From contig OZ024746.1 in assembly GCA_964016885.1 (NCBI GenBank), forward strand, positions 66,774,001 to 66,838,000: a stretch of 64,000 nt of DNA, in the 5' to 3' direction. Within the stretch, counting starts at the first letter, position 1. Each line of letters begins with the position of its first letter. Of the stretch, positions 1 to 14,319 are shown piece by piece. The stretch comes from Eledone cirrhosa (taxonomy: Eukaryota). The position numbers and the translations under genes are program-made. The notes under the pieces are model-generated. The model was not told where the DNA came from. It saw nothing but the letters and a program-made list of their open reading frames with translations, and made no database searches.

Positions 1-436
1 TGACCTCAGGTATATATGCTATTCTTCTATTTATGCATGTATGTATTTAAGCTCCTTTTCAGCCCCTTAATATATTATAATTGTGTAAGTCAACAAAATT
101 CGTGTGTAAAACACGACCAATGATCATATTCATGGACACAGCTGTGACAGAAATCTAATGGTGTAACATTATGTCTATGATTTAGAGCTATATTACTGGT
201 ATTTAACGCGCTATTACTGCATTTAGGACATTAGTATTATATTTAGAATACTAATACGGCTATATAGAGCAGTGCTACTGTATTCTGTTTCAACAGATTC
301 TGACACGACCGACAGAATACACTATAATCTGGAAAGTTTCGTTTCACATAGATTTTATGGTATTATATTTGTTTCTAAAATTCGGATGAAAAACATCATT
401 TAACCAAATGAAAAATATTATTAAAAAATGCGGTGG

Positions 437-585
437 ATTGGCAGTATCGGTAGAGGGTCGGACGCCATGCTTTCCAGAATAGTTACGTCCCTTTACGATC
501 TGAGTTGAAATCCCACCGAGGTTGACTTTGCCTTTCATCCTTATGGGGTCGATAAAATAAAGTACCACTAAAGTAAAAACAATTA
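437..585 (+). mobile_element. tRNA-derived SINE (octopus-type family), internal 3' deletion
   Basis: A-box-like TGGCAGTATCGG, B-box-like GAGTTGAAATCC, shared body CTTTGCCTTTCATCCTTAYGGGGTCGATAAAATAAAGTACCA seen in at least 8 copies in the window. Confidence 0.85.
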
Positions 586-636
586 TTAAAATTTACATGG
601 GTATTGAACACTCATTGTTGCATCTATCAACATCAC

Positions 637-672
<36 letters not shown>

Positions 673-1059
673 GTACATGGATACGTACATACGTTCGTAC
701 GTACGTGCATGCGTGCGGTCGTGCTAGCGTCCGTGCAGTTTTAAAACTGATAACCACAGACATACAATAATAATAGTCATATAAGCTTCATGCTTAAAAG
801 AAAAGAAAAGGAAATGTCCACCTATCAGACGTTAGTCTTCCATCAGGAGTAGAGGAAACAAAATATGAGGTTCATAGAAGATTATACAAATGGGTGTATA
901 TAAGAGTTTGTATGATTTGGTGGAGAACTGCATGCATTCTTTGCGATTTTACATAGGTGTGTCTGGGTGTACAAACATCGTATTTATATGGGTTTAGTCC
1001 GGGAGTGTTACAGATATATATATAATGTGCCCAGTCAACACGATAAATGTGTTTGGTAT

Positions 1060-1221
1060 TAGGAAGGGCATCCAACAGTCGAAAACCTGCCAGATAGTTC
1101 TATACGGGAGAGACACGTCATCCAACCAATCTTGCCTCAAGTGGGACAACTCCCGTCTAACCCATGCTAGCGTTGAAGATAGACGTTAAACGATGATGAT
1201 GACGATGATGATGATGATGAT
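1060..1221 (+). mobile_element. 3' tail of a SINE/LINE ending in (GAT)n
   Basis: AGGAAGGGCATCC...CATGCTAGCGTTGAAGATAGACGTTAAACG followed by (GAT)n, a typical retroposon 3' end. Confidence 0.5.
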
Positions 1222-1392
1222 TTAAAAGAAACACAACCATGACTGACATCCAATGTTTGAATTTTGATAAAATTATACATTTTATTCTAATCAACAGCTA
1301 GAAGAAAACTATATTGCATGTAACTATATTGCATGTATAATAAAACTATATTGCATGTATAATAAAACATTCCACGCATTATTTTACATATA

Positions 1393-1531
1393 TAGTTACG
1401 TCCCTTTACGGTTTGAGTTCAAATCCCGTCGAGGTTAACTTTGCCTTTCATCCTTACGTGGTCGATAAAATAAAGTACCAGTAATGTACTGGGTAATTGC
1501 TGGCCTTGTGCCTAAAGTAGAAACAATTATT
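1393..1531 (+). mobile_element. 5'-truncated SINE, same family as 437-585
   Basis: Matches the family from TAGTTACGTCCCTTTACG to AGAAACAATTATT. Confidence 0.85.
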
Positions 1532-1532
1532 T

Positions 1533-1574
<42 letters not shown>

Positions 1575-1595
1575 TACACAAACACACACACACAT

Positions 1596-1627
<32 letters not shown>

Positions 1628-1703
1628 AAAGTAGCGAAACAAACGGTTATTAAACAATTTTCTAAATAAATTAAAAAATGTTTAAATAATCACCTGTTCA
1701 GAT

Positions 1704-1784
1704 GCTGTTACCGACGGTTTCATCATTCCGAAAGATTGGAAATCCAACGAATTTCCAATGGAAAGGAATGAATCTTCAGACAGC
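1704..1784 (-). ncRNA. Type I hammerhead ribozyme (also at 2161-2241 and 2618-2698)
   Basis: Minus strand: stem I GCUGU/ACAGC, CUGAAGA, long stem II UCAUUCC...GGAAUGA with inner hairpin AUUGGAAAU/AUUUCCAAU, GAAA, stem III ACC-GUC-GGU, GUA cleavage triplet. Confidence 0.88.
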
Positions 1785-3067
1785 CCTATTTCCACGCTAT
1801 AAGGTATAGCAAGTAAATATTATGCTCCCTGCCCAACGCATGCGGTCAAGCCGTTAAAGTGACACACACGCAAATCAGGTCGCTGATAAAAGCTGGATAT
1901 TATAAACATGTCGAATTGCCACTAAAATTAGCGGCATTATTCAATGTTTTGTTCTCTACGTAAGGAGAATAAATTATAGAAGTGGATGGATACCTCAACA
2001 GGTACAATGTACTTGTAGAAATATTCAAGTTGTTTATAATACATGTGGTTCAATGGCACTAATTCGAGATACCAGAACAATATAAAAGTAGCGAAACAAA
2101 CGGTTATTAAACAATTTTCTAAATAAATTAAAAAATGATTAAATAATCACCTGTTCAGATGCTGTTACCGACGGTTTCATCATTCCGAAAGATTGGAAAT
2201 CCAACGAATTTCCAATGGAAAGAAATGAATCTTCAGACAGCCCTATTTCCACGCTATAAGGTATAGCAAGTAAATATTATGCTCCCTGCCCAACGCATGC
2301 GGTCAAGCCGTTAAAGTGACACACACGCAAATCAGGTCGCTGATAAAAGCTGGATATTATAAACATGTCGAATTGCCACTAAAATTAGCGGCATTATTCA
2401 ACGTTTTGTTCTCTACGTAAGGAGAATAAATTATAGAAGTGGATGGATACCTCAACAGGTACAATGTACTTGTAGAAATATTCAAGTTGTTTATAATACA
2501 TGTGGTTCAATGGCACTAATTCGAGATACCAGAACAATATAAAAGTAGCGAAACAAACGGTTATTAAACAATTTTCTAAATAAATTAAAAAATGATTAAA
2601 TAATCACCTGTTCAGATGCTGTTACCGACGGTTTCATCATTCCGAAAGATTGGAAATCCAACGAATTTCCAATGGAAAGAAATGAATCTTCAGACAGCCC
2701 TATTTCCACGCTATAAGGTATAGCAAGTAAATATTATGCTCCCTGCCCAACGCATGCGGTCAAGCCGTTAAAGTGACACACACGCAAATCAGGTCGCTGA
2801 TAACCACATGTATTATAAACAACTTGAATATTTCTACAAGTACATTGTACCTGTTGAGGTATCCATCCACTTCTATAATTTATTCTCCTTACGTAGAGAA
2901 CAAAACGTTGAATAATGCCGCTAATTTTAGTGGCAATTCGACATGTTTATAATATCCAGCTTTTATCAGCGACCTGATTTGCGTGTGTGTCACTTTAACG
3001 GCTTGACCGCATGCGTTGGGCAGGGAGCATAATATTTACTTGCTATACCTTATAGCGTGGAAATAGG

Positions 3068-3148
3068 GCTGTCTGAAGATTCATTTCTTTCCATTGGAAA
3101 TTCGTTGGATTTCCAATCTTTCGGAATGATGAAACCGTCGGTAACAGC
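3068..3148 (+). ncRNA. Type I hammerhead ribozyme (inverted copy of the array HHR)
   Basis: GCTGT-CTGAAGA-TTCATT...AATGAT-GAAA-CCGTCGG-TA-ACAGC; predicted cleavage after 3143. Confidence 0.88.
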
Positions 3149-3327
3149 ATCTGAACAGGTGATTATTTAATCATTTTTTAATTTATTTAGAAAATTGTTT
3201 AATAACCGTTTGTTTCGCTACTTTTATATTGTTCTGGTATCTCGAATTAGTGCCATTGAACCACATGTATTATAAACAACTTGAATATTTCTACAAGTAC
3301 ATTGTACCTGTTGAGGTATCCATCCAC

Positions 3328-3374
<47 letters not shown>

Positions 3375-3383
3375 AACTGACTA

Positions 3384-3439
3384 ACTGCCTGATGAGGTTA
3401 TAGCCATTCAATGGCTATCATCGAAATTTATATAGCAGT
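3384..3439 (+). ncRNA. Minimal type I hammerhead ribozyme in a ~110-bp insert (3373-3484) between two (TA)n tracts
   Basis: ACTGC-CTGATGA-GGTTATAGCCATTCAATGGCTATCATC-GAAA-TTTATA-TA-GCAGT, followed at once by AATAAA. Confidence 0.85.
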
Positions 3440-3479
3440 AAATAAAGGATATGAGTTCATGTAATTGACTTATGTTTCG

Positions 3480-3522
<43 letters not shown>

Positions 3523-4400
3523 AGAGAGAGAGAGAGAGAGAGAAAGATGGGAGAGACATATGAGAAATCAGATATATGGGCCAAAGTAGTGAATGAATAG
3601 AGATGTTTTAAAAGATTAAAGAGATCGAAATGTATTGAATTTTAAATGAAAATAATTTATCAATCCATTCCTGTGGATATAAATCTATATTTAATCTCAG
3701 GTGTTAAATATTTTCGTTCCAGTACACTGCTGTAAAGCTATCTCTCGGAATTTGTTGAATATTTAATAAGGTCTCAGGCCTGTCAGTGACATGTTTAATT
3801 CATTATACTTTATATAACATACAAATTATATCGACTAATATATTGAAATAGCAGAATCGGAATGATCAGCCAAAGTATTAGATCTAACAGGTAGGGTAGG
3901 TAGGCGTATATGCATACATGCATCTATATTTTAATGTATCTATGGATGATTATGTATGCAAACAATTATGTATGCATAAATTTGTATATATATGTGTGTG
4001 TGTGTATTTGCGCGGGTGTGTGTGTGTGTGTGCTTGCGTGTATGTGAATGTGTTTGTTTGTGTGTTTATGTGTGTGTGTTTGTGTGTGTACATGTATGTT
4101 AATAGACCAGATTACAGTCCGATTTGCTCATCAGGCTTGTTAATCAAGCAAAGCTAAAATCGCATCTGATTCCACCGCGTAACAAACGATGTACACACAC
4201 CACCAAATATAATTATTGACGAATGAACGCACACACCGAGAGACAGTCTCAAAATGCACACACACATATATAGAGGTACGTACGTACGCGTATATAAGTA
4301 TATATATACACACACACAGACTCACAGACACACACATACACACATACGTGCATATATCTATCTATCTATCTCTTTCTCAGCGCCCTTGTGGCAAATAAAG

Positions 4401-4523
<123 letters not shown>

Positions 4524-4529
4524 GTATAT

Positions 4530-4562
<33 letters not shown>

Positions 4563-5504
4563 CATTAGATAAACGAGGATGTTTCGATTACATCTATTAC
4601 ATTTTATCGACCTCTTATGCGTATTTCGCAGAGAATTATCCTAAGGTCACATGGTGACGTGACAAAAAAAATATACTCTTTGTCACATCGCTATTCTGTA
4701 GAGGGGATCGATATCCTCTCTGTCCAGAATTATATATTTTGATTTGTTGACGATCAGTAAAACATTTCTCCAGTCATATTTCATGAAGTCAAATAACTTT
4801 ACCTTACCTAATACAGCTTCATTACCCACTATCAACTAAGAGTATTAAACTTCCATGGGATTTAACCCCAATTTGTTTGCATCCATAAACCGACATATGA
4901 TATATACTTGTTGATGTCATCTATCCCATTTATACTTGCATAGCAAAAGTTCAAATGATTTAAACGTCACATATATCTCGATACCAAGAATCATAAGACA
5001 TATGTGGGAACTGTCATAAGAGAAGCTGGAACTTAAATTGAAAACACATTAGCAATACAGAACGCAGCGTTTTCACAAAGTTTAGAATAAAAGTTCAACC
5101 AAAAATAATTGAAATCTTGTTTTAAGTTGAAATGAACTCTGTTGAATAAAACGAGGGATATCAGACAAAATACAAGGTACAGAGAAAACATCGGACACGC
5201 ACATACAACATACATTGACTAACATCATTCATCCGACAATGTAGAACGTGGTTTGCTCAACTTATGGGAAAGATGACGAGGATATTATAGACAAAATAGG
5301 GCATACAACAAAAGGAACTTGGAACATTTCATTAATTTCCTTTTACCTAAACGTCCTGGTGAAATGGTAAGGGCACCGTAACGTCAAACAGCATTTCTTT
5401 TAAAAGCTGCGGAGCCCACGTTTCTCCAGCTGTGACCAAAGATAGAGAGAGAGGGAGGGTAATAGAGAGAAGAAAATGCGATAAAGATATAGATGCAGAG
5501 ACGT

Positions 5505-5645
5505 CCCCATTACTAGACTGATCCTTTTTTTTTTTTTATTCATCTCGAAATGCTGAAAGACAATATATACGACGGTGGGATTTGAACTAACAGTGCAGAG
5601 AGTCGGAACGAATACCTCAAAGCATTCACTCCGGCGTTCTAGCCA
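5505..5645 (-). mobile_element. Diverged related SINE
   Basis: GGGATTTGAACT (reverse B box) plus degenerate family body. Confidence 0.5.
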
Positions 5646-6452
5646 CTACAAACATTTTTTTGAATTTTTATGAAGCTACAAAATGAAAAACATCAGAATT
5701 CCGATATAAAAAGACGGATGATATAATGCTTAAATATTCATCTTTAGGGAGAAACTATTACAACCCCTCTATTACAAAGAGATAATGAAACCCATTGTCG
5801 AAACCAAAAAATAGATGACTTATCATTTTTACAATGTTGACAAGAATAGAATTTTGAACACAACGGACGAAAATAGAAACAAAGTGTCTGAACAAAACAA
5901 ATTTAAACCAAATAAAATTATTAGTTGATTAACAGTTGAACTAGTTTCCTGAAATTGATTACTCACACACGTTCAAAATTAGGCAAAATCTATGGATTTA
6001 AAAAGAACTCATAAAAACGACGACATGTTCATAAGGTAAATAACCAATAAATAGAGATTTGAGGAACGAAACTCTTCAACTTACACCAGTTTATATAGGA
6101 ACATAATCTCTAATACAGCGAAGCTTTCTGAATGGCTCGCCTAAGTCACCTAAGGGAAATCTTTCTGATTTGTTTACCCCAACTCTTGATTTTATCTTTC
6201 TATCATTTTTACGATCGAGGAAAACACCGTGTACGAATTCTGAAGAAACATATCAAAACAACCTAAGTTACCGCCCTTTTTTTAATGTGGACACGAATGA
6301 AGATGAGCCATATCCCATGCGGCCCGCTTCTCGAAAAAGGTTGCCCATGCCTGCTCTAATATGTCGTCTGTTGTGGCTCTATACATTTACGAAGATCCCG
6401 AATTGTGTTATGACAAAGATTTCTATAAACACATTTCATTGACTCTGTGGAC

Positions 6453-6562
<110 letters not shown>

Positions 6563-7078
6563 GAGGTGGGGTGTTTAGAATATTTGTGATAGCAAATTAT
6601 TATAGCATGAATCAGATTTACGAATTTCTACTTTTATTGTTCATATGTATCCTAGAGTATACACTTCTCTATTCCATAAACTATTTATTTTAATGTATGA
6701 AAGAGCAATTAGAACCAAAATGGAAATTGAATACACGAAAATTATTATTTGGTTTAAGGTTGAAATATATATATTGAAAGGAATAGTCAAACTTATTAAA
6801 TGTGTGAAACCAATATTAAGTGCATTCAAATAAACTGAATTAATTAAATATATCACATTAGTAATATTTTCTTTTATTCAAATGAAGACAGGAAAATTCG
6901 TTTAAAACACTGACTAGAAGCTGTAAAAACATTATAAGGAAGGCATTAACCATATTTATCTGAACAAATTCTTATTTTGTTTTATTTTTTCTACTTTAAA
7001 GAAAATCAATATAATGGTAACGACATCAAATTTCCCCGTGCATTTTATACAATCGCTTTTTTTAAATTTGTTTGCGTG

Positions 7079-7111
<33 letters not shown>

Positions 7112-7115
<4 letters not shown>

Positions 7116-7339
7116 ATCATAATAAATTTGAAGACTAAAATCCAAAGAGGGTTCGATAAGGATAAATATATATCAAATATATAAGAACCGTAGACCAAAT
7201 ATTTATTAAAATAACAGATTAAAGTTTAAGCAAAGAATCGCTGCTTTCACCCTTAATGGGATTTTCTGAGTTTCAGAAGATCCCGTTAAGGGTGAAAGCA
7301 GCGATTCTTTGGTTAAACTTTAATCTGTTATTTTAATAA

Positions 7340-7342
<3 letters not shown>
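7112..7342. mobile_element. Fold-back insertion (inverted arms ~7199-7269/7273-7342); family also at 35518-35688 and 36385-37445
   Basis: Near-perfect palindrome between (TA)n tracts; contains the HHR-like string CAGAAGA-TCCCGTTAAGGGT-GAAA. Confidence 0.8.
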
Positions 7343-7372
<30 letters not shown>

Positions 7373-7395
7373 TGTGTGTGTGTGCTTGGGTGTGT

Positions 7396-7464
<69 letters not shown>

Positions 7465-7549
7465 GGTGTATGTATATATACATAACATGTAACCCTGTAC
7501 AACCTGTCGCATTGTTGACCTTTCAACATGACTGCAATTCACACACACA

Positions 7550-8072
7550 TCCCTACTGACCCTTATCACAGCAATGAACCTCTTTACTACACACACTCAC
7601 ACACACATATATTTGTCTTAAAAGACTTATTTTTCAGTGACTTCTCAATCAGGCGAAAAAGGACACTCTTCGACAAACCTACATTTGGCGCAAAATCAAT
7701 TTTTAACATTCACGTGACCTCTACCGACCAATCAAAATTGTTTTGACCACAAGAATTGTTGCAACACGAATTGGCGCAAAACTTATTTTAATACCTCTCG
7801 AGTCACTTTTTTCACACAGAACAGGTAGAATTTCCAAAACTAATCAGATTAGAGCAAACATCACGGGCGCTCTATCTCAAAATTATTTTTGAAAAGCATT
7901 AGAAATGCGCAACCGGTAAAAACTTAAAACGAAAACTGAATACTAACCAATACTTATTACTAACTTTTAATTATTCCTAATTAAACTACTTTTCACTGGG
8001 AACAATTTGTCAGCATTTTCTTTTCCTTTTACTAATATATCACAACTCGTGTGTTACACCTCTATTCTTTTA
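7550..8072 (+). mobile_element. Solo 3' tail (pLTR) of the PLE family at 30381-35457
   Basis: Colinear similarity to 34880-35457 (TTGGCGCAAAA, GACCTCTACCGACCAATCAAAATTG, CACCTCTATTCTTTTAA), ends in (TA)n. Confidence 0.85.
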
Positions 8073-8073
8073 A

Positions 8074-8155
<82 letters not shown>

Positions 8156-8865
8156 ACGTATATCTATTAAATTTAAATGAGAAAAAACTCTAATTCTTGT
8201 AGCATAAACAAGATAGAGGAAAAAATGTTACTATCTAACTTCGCTTGTATATATTTCTCTAGAAATATTTATTTGTATTGTTATTTTTTAGCTTCAGCTC
8301 AGTTCTGCTGGGACAGACCAATGGTAAAATGTTTTCTAGTTATGACCTCCTCACCTTTCTCTCAAGAATTGCCTATATATGATTACATTAACTAATGTGT
8401 CTGTCTGCTTTCAAAATGACATGGTGTGATTTCAGGGAGATTTTAATGTTATTCGTATTGTACCAAGCGACCAGGTAGAGGTTGTTTTTTTGTGGGGAGG
8501 GGGGTGTATTATTGTATCTAACATAACATACTGATGATGACCAATGACATCAGAGATATTCAATTTTCTGTATTCTTATTTCCTTTGACAAATATTTTGT
8601 ATGCAGCATTGCTGTTAGAAATATCCAGTTGACGAAGATTCCAATGGTTGAAAGATTCGAAAATCCCATTTAAATGAAAGTATCATTTGATTCAACATTG
8701 AGACTAAAGGTGAATATATTGAAAATATATATCATTTTGCTGGCAGTTAAACTAAGACTCCATGACACTACTTCAGCATTCATCACTACGTAATTGTAGT
8801 TAATAAATCTCAATTTCGGTCAAAGAGTAAAATTAGTTTGTTATCTGAAAATAAATTGTCCATGC

Positions 8866-8923
8866 ATGTTCATGACATTTGCAGCAACATATGTATATAT
8901 GTTGCTGCAAATGTCATGAACAT
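8866..8923. repeat. Perfect hairpin, 27-bp arms
   Basis: ATGTTCATGACATTTGCAGCAACATAT-gtat-ATATGTTGCTGCAAATGTCATGAACAT. Confidence 0.9.
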
Positions 8924-9331
8924 CTTGCTCACACTGAAGTTTCTTTCGGAAGTTATGCAGGTACTTAATTTATAAAACTTATTAGAGTGTTTTAACACAA
9001 TCGTTAGGTCGTGATATAAGAAATATTAATTTTTTAGATGATTTATGTAAATAGCTAATTATGATTATTAAAGACACGTGAGACATCTTTGACAAATTCT
9101 AATTTATCGCAGTACTGTGAAAACCCTAGACACGTTTCAGTATTATCAGGTGACATAAGTAGAGTATACTATTACCAATATTATAAATCTAATTATAACT
9201 GAATTAGAAATATATGAAACATCAGTCATCAACGTCAGTATAACAGATTCAGTCAACGAGAAAGGTGAAGGGTTGAAGACATTTATCTAACATAAAATGT
9301 AACATGTACTGATAATATTGGAACCAAAAAT

Positions 9332-9514
9332 GGCGAATTGGCAGTATCGGTAGAGGGTCGGACGCCATGCTCTCCAGCATAGTTACGTCCCTTTACGGTC
9401 TGAGTTCAAATCCCGTCGAGGTTAACTTTGCCTTTCAACCTTACCGGGTCGATAAAATAAAGTACCAGTAATGAACTGGGTAATTGCTGGTCTTGTGCCA
9501 AAAGTAGAAACAAT
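9332..9514 (+). mobile_element. Full-length SINE with 16-bp target-site duplication
   Basis: Complete family sequence; TATTGGAACCAAAAAT at 9316-9331 and 9515-9530. Confidence 0.92.
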
Positions 9515-11988
9515 TATTGGAACCAAAAATATAATAAGAAAAGAATATATCAATGCGTTTTGATATTAAAGAATACATCAATGCGTTTTGATTCAAATAT
9601 TTTATGATACATATGTTCTTTGACATTTGCATTAAGTATGTCTCGTAGCCTGATAAACATTTCCTGTAATGTGCATATTAATAATATACATTCATAATAC
9701 AAAATATTGATACATAGGAAATGTAAATATGACTGCACATAACTCTTGTCGTAGCATTCCTGGTTCATTTATTTAAATAATTGAAACTTTCGCTTGACAT
9801 AATATGAATTTACCTAATCTACATAATTATATCATAGTTCTTGTCAGCTTAGCATTTTGCAAACAAGTGGTGTGTGAAGTATTAAGCAAATTCAATTGAC
9901 GGACCAACTAATGTAATATAGCCGTAGGAGATTGCAATGATTTTAATGCTATTTGGTTTTACTAAAAAAGGTAAGAAAATGAAATGTAGGACAATGTGTT
10001 CATTTGTTGATTAACGTTTAGGTTATAGTCTTTTAGCTTGTAATTTTTTTTTTATAAAAGCTATTTGCAAATGGAAACTAATATATTGCTTGAATTAATT
10101 TATACACGAAGTATTAAGAAAATGGTATTTTGCCGTAATTTGATAATACGGATTGGATTTTCTACTTTCCCCTTTAATTATGTTAGATACATAAATGTCT
10201 TTTTTGCATTAGCAAATGTCTAAATGTGGTAAACAAAAGAGAAATATTGCGAAGGTGCCGCAGCCTTAGTGTCAGATCAGAAACTAAAATGTTTTATTAT
10301 GTATTGAATGCAAGACCTTCATTAATATGGGTAAGTTTTTATTGGAATTAAACAAAGGAATGTTTTACATGATGATACATGATGCGATGTTATATTTAGA
10401 ATATATTAAAATACATACAATAACAATATATAACTATGCATTGAACATAGTAGAGAGAAATTCCCTTTTACCTATTATTTATGGCTAAAATGTATATGAG
10501 CCCACAATAATTTTGAGACTTCACAAAATAAGTGGGAAGGAAATCGAATATAATGTAAGGAAAAAATAACACAAGGCATTTTATTAAAGAATGAAAAGAT
10601 TTGAATGCATCTTTCTTATGGTATGTATCATTTTATAATTAACAAGTTTGGTTAGATTGTAGTGTCGAGTTAAAGTCCTTTTATCTACTTTCTATGCAAA
10701 TCCATGAAATCTGGAAAATGTTCAGTGGTGTGAACTCCCAGCAGCGTGTATAATAATTAAGAACATAACATTATTTTTGTGGGACATTTCAAAATAATAC
10801 ATGTTGCAGCACAGGGCCGGTTGTAGTATAGTGTTCTTCCCCCATTATCCGATGTTTGAGATGCAATCGAGAAACAATAGATGTGATAATTACCCATTTC
10901 GTTAATATATTTTGTACCCCGAAATGTATATATCTCCAGTGCAGAGATAGCGTGTCTATGCTTACATATTAAGTTGATGTTTGCACATTAAATAAATGTA
11001 CATATAACGTAGATAAAGCACAGGCCACTCTTGCAGCAGAACTGACATGAACAGCCATAGACATTACACATTTTACCTGGCGTTTGCAAAGTTGTTATGT
11101 GTGTCTGTTCCGTCCACATATACTTGAAGGTAAATAGTAAATCGGCTTATAACTTCTTATGAAAAATACCATTAGTAACATTTGCCGATTTCTCTCATTC
11201 ACATATCAATACGTTTTCTGACAGCATCTTAATTACCTGATATTCTACGGCATTGTGTGTTTCTTAAATATAAGACTAATCTAGCGAAGCTGTTCTGAAA
11301 GTCATCGTGTAGAAAGTGTCATGTGGTTTATCTAGAGGTTATATTTGCCTAGCGAGGCTAAATATATGTTCATTAACTGTTTGTTATTTATCTCGAGAAA
11401 CACTGTCTGTGTTTATATCAACGCTTCAGTTCTATAATAAAATCTTTAAAATGTTATAGATCTTCCCATTTAAAGAGACAATTTTCTGAGACAGATTACG
11501 ACATATCTTCATATTAGAAATAACGTAAATCTATTGAAATGAAAGGTGTCTTCAGTAAAATGTATGAATTAAAATTAAAAACTCCCCATTAAAAATGTGC
11601 ACATCTGATACAAATTATCAACACCAGGGCAATGTCACAAATAAAAGATGAATCAAAGATCACTACCTGAGAACGTCATATCTTTATGAATAATACTGGA
11701 AATAAAAATACTAAATTGGCGATTAAAGTGTGCTGAAGGGACGGTAGAATTGTACTTAAGGAGTTAGTAATAGAAGATATAGGAAGTCAACATGTGAAAG
11801 AAGTATTATCCAGTATTTTTCATAAGGAAAAGATAACTAAACAACAAGCAGAGTTGGTTTCTGTTAAATAAATTATATTGGGGAGAAGTAAAACTAAAGT
11901 AAGACAACTCCACAGCCACCACAACTTCTACAACAAAAGAAAACATTAACAAAAATAAGTTCAATGACCATCTACACTGCATGCCAAT

Positions 11989-12037
<49 letters not shown>

Positions 12038-12071
12038 CAGCAGTAGCAGCAGTCGCAGTTGTAGTAGTAGT
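11989..12071. repeat. (AGT)n/(AGC)n microsatellite
   Basis: Direct inspection. Confidence 0.95.
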
Positions 12072-14319
12072 AAAAACATTAAAAAGAAGAAGACGAATAA
12101 ATGCTTAATATTAACGAATTTCATCAAATATATTTCTTCTGTACATTTCAAAAAATATCCTTCAATCATTATGATGTCATTAGGAGTGGATTAGCAAATA
12201 CTGTTTTGCACTCTGCGGAATTACTTTATACAATGTCATTAATTTTCATTTAAAAAATGCTATATGTAATTATATTACGAAATATGACAGCCATCACTAG
12301 TTAGCTCATGCTTTAGAGATAGTGAGATGCATTGGAAGAGAGAATTAGAAAGAGATGAGAGAAAGAGAGAGATGTGATTGGTATGAAGAGAGAATAATTC
12401 ATTATAATCATATGGTTTAGATTTGAAAATTTCAGGAAAATATATTCTTTAAAGGGCATGTTTTGTTGTTCCAGCATCCATTACCCTATCATTTTAAAAC
12501 ATATATATCGAGAGTGTGCCTCATATATTTGTATGTTTTCATGGAGATTTGATTCCTACTACTAGTTGGTTAAGTGATGGCGTCAGTATCACCGCATAGG
12601 CTGAAACAATTAATTAATTTTTAAGTAACACTGCCTCTAAGAATTGTTTGTCTAATATGTAGCTAAGACGATATAGTCCCTCAAATGTACAAACCTATTA
12701 ATTGATTGCTATTTAACTCTGGTCTATGAAGCTGTTTTCAAAAGGAATACACAATGTTTCTTTATTGATAGGACAGCGATCTATAAGAATTCGTATTTCT
12801 ATTGATGAGTGTTGTACAATTTTCTGATCCGGTACATTGGCAGCCACGCCACTTACAATTTAGTGAACAACTCGAGTACCTCTGTTTGGATATGAGTTGG
12901 ACATATGTAAACACCACACAATATTAACGCTACATTTTCACTTTAATTTACGTTTCCTCATTTTCCTACTATGTAAATTATTTCTAAAGAGTGAAACTAC
13001 GGAATCATTTTTAAAATTGCACGTGCCATTCATTCATCACATGTGTGGCGTTTTACTTGAGTAAAAATGAAACCAATATTTTAACGACATTGCATACAAA
13101 ATCTGATTGAAAGTACCATATAGTCGATTGAAGCACTCCATAGTAAGTGCATATCGTTGATGATTGGAAATGATTACTTGGCATAGCATGAGTGTGTGAG
13201 GTGCTGGATAAGTACACGAACTTGCTACTTATTTTCTATTGTAATATTCATAAAACATTTCATCGTTTTGGTAACATTGATTCCTTAATCATGATTGTAG
13301 AGGATGGGGGTAATAGAAAATAGGGAGATGGTTACGTTATTGATAATACTTAATGAGTCTGTGATTAGAAATTGGTCTGACACCTTCGGGTGGAGGTATA
13401 TTTCTTTAAAAAAAAAAAGAGCTTTACTTAATGAGGTTTAGAAATTAACATAATTTGATGTTCATCCAATTATTACTATTAGAAATACTGTCAGTCATCG
13501 GGTGACTGCAATATCGTTTTTAGCACATGATAGGTGATTAACCTGGAACTCCTATAAAATACAGATTTTGCATAAATCATGCAATATAATGAATAATTAT
13601 AACGATTTTATTGACCTGTTTGGTATAGGGAAAGCCGTTGAAAGTGCTGTGTGAATGTCTAAACAGCAACAATCGTATATATGTATTCGACTCATACAGT
13701 ACACAAAAGAAAGCGTGCATCTTTCTAAAGTATAGAAATAACAAATATGCACCTGAAATAATTTGGGTGAATGTTTCACAATATATAAAAGATTATTGAC
13801 ATTCCTTACTAGGTTATGAATCATTTTTCATACAATAAAATTAACAATGTTGTAAATTAAACATAATGAAATAAATACCAACTATGATTGAAGTCCAAAA
13901 GCAGTAAATCAGACGATCGTAATATTGAAAACCTTTTTAATATTATATGATTATCTGACGTGAACGAATCATGTTTATTTTTACAACACTAAAATACTTA
14001 AAAGAAAATAGTTTAATAGAAATGCAAGATCAATTATTTTAACAATAAAGATAAGTCCTCAAATTGATTGCAACGTATGTTAAACATCTAATTTATAATC
14101 TTGATTAAGGAAAGGAAAATCTGATACCAAAACGACACTAGCTCAAATTGTAGGGCAAATTTAATCACTGATCAAATTTTAATATTGGGCACTCATCATG
14201 TCAACGTTACAATTATGGTTTCTGATATGATACATGTCGTTATTAGCGATCGTATTTATATATGTGGACCCGATATCAAATGTCCCTGACTCTAATTTGT
14301 TTTTCACTTTTTCATTGAT

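Larger units (their letters stand above)
1626..3333. repeat. HHR-bearing tandem array: 457-bp monomer x~2.6 (1626-2802) plus ~530-bp inverted copy (2803-3333), flanked by (TA)n; retrozyme-like non-autonomous element
   Basis: Unit start TAAAAGTAGCGAAAC at 1626, 2083 and 2540; copies differ at ~3 positions; 2803 onward is the reverse complement of the array. Confidence 0.92.

Noticed and set aside
4100-4140. Minus-strand CUGAUGA
   Set aside because: No GAAA, stem II or stem I partner
4575-4618. Minus-strand UCGAUAA...GAAACAUC HHR-like string
   Set aside because: The would-be stem II is a direct repeat and cannot pair
9332-9420. SINE heads as tRNA genes
   Set aside because: A/B boxes present but no cloverleaf seen; attached body and TSDs show they are retroposons
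9600-14300. Host exons in the long non-repetitive stretches (also 18200-19900, 25000-27300)
   Set aside because: No convincing ORF or paired splice signals seen; small exons cannot be excluded without RNA data
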